A stretch of DNA of 64,000 nt from an uncultured Gammaproteobacteria bacterium (GTDB lineage: Bacteria; Pseudomonadota; Gammaproteobacteria; Steroidobacterales; MnTg04): NCBI GenBank assembly GCA_964568075.1, contig CAZMOM010000002.1:32398-96397 (forward strand), in the 5' to 3' direction. Within the stretch, counting starts at the first letter, position 1. Each line of letters starts with the position of its first letter. The notes below the pieces were generated by a model that ran no database searches, was not told the DNA's origin, and worked only from the letters and a program-made list of their open reading frames with translations. The position numbers and the translations under genes are program-made. Positions 58,980 through 64,000 of this stretch are shown in pieces.

Positions 58980-59482
58980 GCGTTGCTATCTCCTGCATCG
59001 GCATATCGCTTCAGACCCTGTCGTCCACAAGCGGCTGCGAGTTGGCTGACTCGTCCCCGCCCTGGCACTATCAGCTCGGGAGCGATTTCCTTCAAAGGAT
59101 ACAGGACAAAACTTCGTTCATGAACACCGGGATGCGGCAGTGTCAAATGATCGCCGGCGACACGCAAACGACCGTAAATCAGCAAGTCGAGATCAAGGAC
59201 CCTCGGCCCCCAGTGTGTCGTGCGTTGCCGGCCACGCCGGTCTTCCAACGAACGCAAATAAGCCAGCAGATTTTCCGCGACCATCGTGGTCAGAAATCCA
59301 CAGGCGGCGTTGACAAAGTCGGGCTGGTCCCCGGGGCCCATCGGTGGACCGATATACAGGCTGGAAATCGCCAGATCCCTGATTTTATTGCATTTTTTTA
59401 ATTCCTCGATCGCCCACTCGACCTGGCGGGCCGGATCATCGAGATTGCTTCCGATGCCGACATAAGCTGGATGCCAGACCAC
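58976..59482 (-). CDS. folK: 2-amino-4-hydroxy-6-hydroxymethyldihydropteridine diphosphokinase
   Basis: AYVGIGSNLDDP...QPDFVNAA...WGPRVLDLDLLIYG...LTLPHP aligns to E. coli FolK. The start is taken as GTG 59482, just after the pcnB stop; the longer ORF to 59659 overlaps pcnB. Confidence 0.8.
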   Translation of the reverse strand: MVWHPAYVGIGSNLDDPARQVEWAIEELKKCNKIRDLAISSLYIGPPMGPGDQPDFVNAACGFLTTMVAENLLAYLRSLEDRRGRQRTTHWGPRVLDLDLLIYGRLRVAGDHLTLPHPGVHERSFVLYPLKEIAPELIVPGRGRVSQLAAACGRQGLKRYADAGDSNA

Positions 59483-59495
59483 GCCGTCTACGTCC

Positions 59496-60920
59496 TTACT
59501 CTTTGTTATCCGCAACGGCAAACCGCTTTTGCCGCCCGCGTCGCCTTGGCCGACGTCTGCCCTTGCCTTGTTTGGCGCCCCCCGCGACCTGCGCCATTTC
59601 CCGCTGACCTTTTTCGTCCCGAGTCTGAATCTGTGTCCACCACTGAGCCGCTTCGTCACCGAAATCGCCGCTCGACGCCCTGAGCAACATGAAATCGTAA
59701 GCGGCCCGGAATCTTGGATGATGCAAAAAACGCAGGCTGCGCACGCCTTTTCGGGTGTTGAATCTCGATTGCAGCGCCAGCATTTCTTTTAGCGGCGTGA
59801 TCGTGCGGCGCGGAATGGAGACATGACTCTGTTGTGCTTTTACCACGTCTTCCACCGCTTGTTGCGTAGCCGGTACCGGCGCCTTGCCAGCGGCGATCAA
59901 CCGATCGGCGCGTGTCTTGATCGGCCCCCACAAAAGCACGGCGAACAAAAAGAACGTGGTTACCGGTTTTTCCTCGTCGACCCGGGCATCGGTGCTCGCC
60001 ACACCGCCGTCGATCAGTCGGCGTAGTTTTCCGTCGGTGTCGCTGGCCAGCTCTGCGCTCAACGAGGGAAACAAATACGTCAACAGGTCGTAATGCTCGA
60101 GCAACCGCAGACTCTCGGTCGCGCAGCCGGTCAGAAACATTTTGCTCAGTTCGTCGAAAAGGCGCGCCGGCGGAACATCCGCCAACAGATCGCCCAGTTG
60201 CCAAAGCGGCTGTTCCGATAATTCATCGATCGTAAAACCCAGTTTCGCCGAGAACCGCACGGCCCTGAGCATGCGAACCGGGTCCTCACGATAGCGTGTC
60301 TCCGGATCGCCGATCACTTTCAGCAAGCGCTGTTCGATATCCTTAACGCCGCCGACATAGTCCCAGATGCTGTAACCATCCAGCGTGTAATACAGCGCAT
60401 TGGCCGTAAAATCGCGACGCCAGACATCGTCTTCGAGTTTACCGTAGCGATTGTCACGGAGAATCCTGCCCCCGGCGTCGGTCTGGCCCCTGACATCGTC
60501 GCCGTCCAGTGCGTCATGCGTCGCCCTGAATGTTGCCACTTCGATGATTTCGCGCCCGAAGTGAATATGCGCCAGGCGAAACCGCCGCCCGATCAGCCGG
60601 CAGTTCCTGAACAGCTGGCGAACCTCTTCCGGGCGCGCATCGGTTGCCACATCGAAATCCTTTGGCTGATGCCCAAGCAACAAATCGCGGACACAGCCGC
60701 CGACCAGGAAAGACTGATAGCCGCCACGATGCAGCCGGTGCAGGACCTTGATCGCGTTATCCGAAATATTGGCGCGCGATACCGTGTGATCGGCTCGTGG
60801 AATGATGGACGGACGATGGCTCGCCCGCCGTTTGTCGTCACTCAAATGGGATGCTCCGGTTGAGCAATTCAGGTGGGGCCGTATAATACCACCCCCCACC
60901 ATCAGTGGTATTACAAGCAC
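59496..60920 (-). CDS. pcnB: Poly(A) polymerase I
   Basis: Motifs LVGGCVRDLLLGHQPKDFDVAT and RDFTANALYY are present, with a basic C-terminal tail. The true start is probably downstream of 60920, which abuts the tRNA-Glu gene; it may be non-canonical as in E. coli. Confidence 0.85.
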   Translation of the reverse strand: MLVIPLMVGGGIIRPHLNCSTGASHLSDDKRRASHRPSIIPRADHTVSRANISDNAIKVLHRLHRGGYQSFLVGGCVRDLLLGHQPKDFDVATDARPEEVRQLFRNCRLIGRRFRLAHIHFGREIIEVATFRATHDALDGDDVRGQTDAGGRILRDNRYGKLEDDVWRRDFTANALYYTLDGYSIWDYVGGVKDIEQRLLKVIGDPETRYREDPVRMLRAVRFSAKLGFTIDELSEQPLWQLGDLLADVPPARLFDELSKMFLTGCATESLRLLEHYDLLTYLFPSLSAELASDTDGKLRRLIDGGVASTDARVDEEKPVTTFFLFAVLLWGPIKTRADRLIAAGKAPVPATQQAVEDVVKAQQSHVSIPRRTITPLKEMLALQSRFNTRKGVRSLRFLHHPRFRAAYDFMLLRASSGDFGDEAAQWWTQIQTRDEKGQREMAQVAGGAKQGKGRRRPRRRGRQKRFAVADNKE

Positions 60921-60923
60921 CGT

Positions 60924-60998
60924 GCTCCCTTCGTCTAGCGGTCAGGACGTCGGCCTCTCACGCCGAAAACAGGGGTTCGATTCCCCTAGGGAGCGCCA
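60924..60998 (+). tRNA. tRNA-Glu (anticodon CUC), CCA encoded
   Basis: GCTCCCT TC GTCT AGCGGTCA GGAC G TCGGC CTCTCAC GCCGA AAAC AGGGG TTCGATT CCCCT AGGGAGC G CCA. The cloverleaf was folded by hand and is similar to E. coli tRNA-Glu apart from the anticodon. Confidence 0.9.
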
Positions 60999-61276
60999 AA
61001 AAAAGAACGGTGAACACCACCTGTCGGGGGCGATCTATTAGTTGCTGTCGGTGCATAACCCGTAAAAACTGACAGATTCTTCCCAGCTGTGCTCATTATC
61101 ACGGAGAATGGGAGAAAGGAGACGGTGATCAAGAATTATTAATCATTGGCTTACGGAGACTTTCTTATGTAATTTCTAGAAAATGTTTCCGCGGAAATAT
61201 TTCTGGCGATATCTGGAATCAAGTTAGCGCTATGCCGTCTGCTTCCGGCCATAATCGGACAAATTGCTGAACGGCG

Positions 61277-61876
61277 CTATGGCCGAATCTGTCGCTCCTC
61301 TGATTGAGCCTTTGCACCCACAATCAAAAGCCAAAAGATAATCGGCAATTCCCCCATCTCAAGAAGCGTGATGAGCGGGGAAATAGCAGCCTTGTATTGC
61401 GGCAACACCAAGAACATAAAACTACTCAGCAAATAGGCGAAGCCTGCAATTATGAGCAAGACACCCAGAATCTTGGGAATGAAGCGAGATTTATATACAA
61501 GAAGTCCGAAGGGAAAAAGCCAGAGCCCCCAAAATATCTGGATGATCTGTAACCCCTGGCTATGCAAACGGAGAAATACATATGCAGCGGATTCCAGCTG
61601 AGGATATTCGAATACGGACAAAAAGTCAGCGCCACTCAAGATTATCAAAGCGGCAATTTGATTGAACGCGTTAACAAATCCTGTAGAGACGCTAATCACC
61701 ACCAATGTCACCATGAGTATCGCTTGCTTGTGGCTAATGTCTTTTAGTAAACGGTATAAAGCCAGAACCAGAAACACAAATATGACGTTTGAAATGAGAC
61801 CACTAAGAATGCCCGTGCGAAAAAGCAGTTCAGAAGACGTAATGTTGTTGGCAGTAGCCGCGGCATCTCCAAACAC
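61277..61876 (-). CDS. DUF4386-like membrane protein, possibly 5'-truncated or using a non-canonical start
   Basis: The protein is hydrophobic and the gene is AT-richer than its surroundings. The frame stays open upstream to about 61975 (TRPREQQESQGGYIYILALTGIFNLIYVPSTLIV) but contains no ATG. The GTG at 61876 would remove the first TM helix. Confidence 0.5.
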   Translation of the reverse strand: MFGDAAATANNITSSELLFRTGILSGLISNVIFVFLVLALYRLLKDISHKQAILMVTLVVISVSTGFVNAFNQIAALIILSGADFLSVFEYPQLESAAYVFLRLHSQGLQIIQIFWGLWLFPFGLLVYKSRFIPKILGVLLIIAGFAYLLSSFMFLVLPQYKAAISPLITLLEMGELPIIFWLLIVGAKAQSEERQIRP

Positions 61877-62262
61877 GATAAGCGTGGAGGGAACATAGAT
61901 AAGATTAAAAATGCCGGTTAGGGCCAGTATGTAGATATAGCCACCCTGCGATTCTTGCTGTTCTCTTGGTCGAGTTCACGTCCGTAATCCTTTCGATTGA
62001 TTTCGCCTGAGATGCGGCAAGGGTCAGCTCAGGGTCGTTTGCTGTCGTTCAAAACTCTACCACCCCAACGTCCGCTTTAGGGTCAAAAGCGGACATATTA
62101 TTTGGCACCAAAACCGCGTTCAAAGTCAGTGTATCTACCGGTTTCAAAAGTTTTTGATGAATGATGCCGCCCCGTAGCTTATCGGACGCGTGTCGGCAGT
62201 TTGCCGCCCGATCGAGTCCCTTTTTCTCCGCGAAAACCTCGCGATTCGATTAAACTCAGCGC

Positions 62263-62637
62263 ATGGAAATCTTCAAAGCCTTTCAGATCGAAGCCGCGCA
62301 TCGATTGCCCAATGTGCCGGAAGATCACAAGTGCCACCGCCTGCACGGGCATTCTTTCCGGATCGAGGTGCATGTGTCCGGTAAGGTTGGCGAAAACAGC
62401 GGCTGGGTCATGGATTTTGCCGATCTCAAAAAAGCATTCCAGCCATTATTCGACCAACTCGATCACCGTTATCTGAACGAGATCCCGGGACTGGAGAATC
62501 CGACCAGCGAAAACATGGCGCGCTGGATCTGGGTACGCTTGGTTGAAGAACTCCCCGGCCTGTGCCGGGTAGTGGTTTGCGAAACCTGTAACTCCGGTTG
62601 CAGTTATTCGGTCACGGGCCTGGCTGCCGGCTCATAG
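62263..62637 (+). CDS. queD: 6-carboxy-5,6,7,8-tetrahydropterin synthase
   Basis: MEIFKAFQIEAAHRLPNVPEDHKCHRLHGHSF...GWVMDFADLK...LDHRYLN is the typical QueD/PTPS pattern. Confidence 0.85.
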   Translation: MEIFKAFQIEAAHRLPNVPEDHKCHRLHGHSFRIEVHVSGKVGENSGWVMDFADLKKAFQPLFDQLDHRYLNEIPGLENPTSENMARWIWVRLVEELPGLCRVVVCETCNSGCSYSVTGLAAGS

Positions 62638-62756
62638 CCCGAGTCGGATCTGTATTGAGAGATCAAATTTACCGGTTTTTTGAGAATTCTGCTCAGACAG
62701 GCCACGGCCACCCGTCGCCCACAGGATAAAACCTGACTCTGAATCAGGGCAGCAAG

Positions 62757-63065
62757 CTACAGATTCTTGCTCCGCGATGCAGCCAGTTCACCAAAAAGGC
62801 TGACGATGGTCTCGGCTGCCTGGTCCGCCTCTTCTGCCGACATCTTGCGGACGGTAGCAAATACAGGACCTTCCCCGTTGCTCGGCCTGATCCGGGTCAG
62901 GTCACCCGTCAGACGCTTAAATTTGCCCCTGGCGGTTTTGGGAAGCTGATCCGGATCCAGATCATCGAGATAGTCTGTATAGGCCCCGATCAAACGCTGC
63001 TTGATGTCACCCGATCCGGCCAACTCCAGGGTGGCCCGGAAAAATCGCTCTTTCGTCTCCGACAT
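62757..63065 (-). CDS. Hypothetical protein (102 aa)
   Basis: This is an ORF of plausible composition with no recognised motif. Confidence 0.4.
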   Translation of the reverse strand: MSETKERFFRATLELAGSGDIKQRLIGAYTDYLDDLDPDQLPKTARGKFKRLTGDLTRIRPSNGEGPVFATVRKMSAEEADQAAETIVSLFGELAASRSKNL

Positions 63066-63395
63066 GTTGTCCCCTTAGTTCTTTTCGGACCATTTATCGT
63101 GGATTCCGAATATTTTGAGGCTCTTTGGCGTGCGGCCAAAACCTGTATTTGCAAATCCGTATGCAATTCAACAGGCTGAAGAAACAATATATACATATTT
63201 GTGGCCGATGCAACCTGCCTCCGCCGGAAGGAAAACAGATCGAAACAATATACCCGGACACAAATCCAGGCCCTGCTCAGGATATCCGGGCGAATCGTAC
63301 AGCCGGACTCTCAGTCGCACACTAAAGAAACACTGGCCTCAAATAAAAAAGTCGCGGTGTATCCGGCATGGTCGCTGCCGTAAGATAGCGGCGCG

Positions 63396-63836
63396 ATGGA
63401 ATTGCCAGAAGAGAAGCCCGGCCTGCTACGGCGGTTTGCGGTCATGTTTTATGAACTGCTTATTCTGCTCGCCTTGATGATGATGGCGACTGCAGCGCTG
63501 ATGCCGGTTGCCCGCGCCGCCATCGTGACTGACAACCTCGCGTACCAGATTTATCTGCTCGCCATTATCGTTGGCTACTTCAGTTTCTTCTGGATAAGGC
63601 GTGGCCGGACTTTGCCGATGCAGACCTGGCACCTCCGGCTGGTTCGCTTTGACCGGCGCCCGTTGACCGCAATCGATGCGCTCCGGCGGCTCCTGTATTC
63701 GCTTCTTTCCTGGCTGCCGCTCGGGCTCGGCTACTTTTGGGTTTTGTTCGACAAGGACAAGCTGGCCTGGCATGACCACTTGTCGCGTACCTGCCTGGTG
63801 CTGGACCCGCCGCAGAAGGACCGTGCCGCGGATTAA
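63396..63836 (+). CDS. RDD family membrane protein
   Basis: RRFAVMFYELLILLALMMM, two or three TM helices and a C-terminal WHDHLSRTCLV fit the RDD pattern. The gene is adjacent to an LptF/G-like gene, as is often seen. Confidence 0.6.
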   Translation: MELPEEKPGLLRRFAVMFYELLILLALMMMATAALMPVARAAIVTDNLAYQIYLLAIIVGYFSFFWIRRGRTLPMQTWHLRLVRFDRRPLTAIDALRRLLYSLLSWLPLGLGYFWVLFDKDKLAWHDHLSRTCLVLDPPQKDRAAD

Positions 63837-64000
63837 TGAACCCGGCTCAAACCGACCGCCAGGACCAGGGCCAGCAAAACGACCGGGCCCCAACCCACCA
63901 GCAGCGGATCCAGATCAAAAACGTCGCCTGAATAATAAAGGCTCCGCGACCCGAGCCGGTAAATCATCCCGATGACGACGCCGGCCACCAGCCGAGTGCC
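63833..64000 (-). CDS. LptF/LptG family permease, C-terminal fragment (gene continues beyond window end)
   Basis: Manual minus-strand translation gives GTRLVAGVVIGMIYRLGSRSLYYSGDVFDLDPLLVGWGPVVLLALVLAVGLSRVH followed by a stop. This resembles the last TM region of LptG/LptF. It is a partial gene, so confidence is low. Confidence 0.4.
   Translation of the reverse strand, partial: GTRLVAGVVIGMIYRLGSRSLYYSGDVFDLDPLLVGWGPVVLLALVLAVGLSRVH

Noticed and set aside
62100-62262. preQ1 riboswitch upstream of queD
   Set aside because: I found no match to the short preQ1-I hairpin/A-rich tail consensus by eye. This cannot be excluded without cmscan.

Overview
This is a chromosomal window from a gammaproteobacterium-like genome; GC looks moderate to high by eye. 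The backbone consists of housekeeping blocks arranged as in E. coli. These are ffh / ypjD-corC-like / radA; alr-dnaB; rplI-(membrane protein)-rpsR-rpsF; rlmB-rnr; and purA-yjeT-hflC-hflK-hflX-hfq-miaA-mutL-amiB-tsaE-nnr / queG. They continue with panD-panC-panB-(deoxynucleoside kinase)-folK-pcnB, then queD and the C-terminus of an LptF/G-type permease. Two tRNAs are present: Leu-CAG at 16720-16806 and Glu-CUC at 60924-60998. I saw no rRNA, CRISPR array, transposase or integrase. Two accessory insertions stand out. (1) 4188-8378 encodes a CHASE2-sensor Hanks kinase, a PP2C phosphatase and a double-FHA protein, lying between radA and alr. (2) About 25.5 kb (16807-42362) is wedged between rnr/tRNA-Leu and purA, genes that are near neighbours in E. 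coli. The core of insertion (2) is a tightly coupled nine-gene minus-strand operon (32574 to 20164). It encodes a hyper-acidic lipoprotein, a Gly-zipper lipoprotein, a Hanks kinase-TM-TPR-PEGA protein and an FHA-like-TM-PEGAx5-FGE/SUMF1 protein. It also encodes a small secreted protein, a MotA/TolQ/ExbB-type proton channel and an Hsp70/actin-fold protein fused to FHA. The last two genes are paralogues built as [ExbD/TolR-like Asp-containing TM]-coiled coil-vWA(MIDAS). Two divergent lipoproteins and an anchorless TPR-TonB_C protein flank the operon. I consider this operon the best candidate for an undescribed proton-motive-force-driven, phospho-threonine-regulated envelope system. Other notable items are a roughly 265-nt multi-stem palindromic element ending at the dnaB ribosome-binding site, a 143-bp tandem repeat next to tRNA-Leu, and a trypsin-fold protein in which all three catalytic residues are replaced. 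There is also a PlpD-like patatin-Omp85 protein, repeat-extended acidic tails on ribosomal proteins S6 and L9, and an AT-richer islet beside tRNA-Glu. All functional calls come from motif recognition by eye; no database search was possible.
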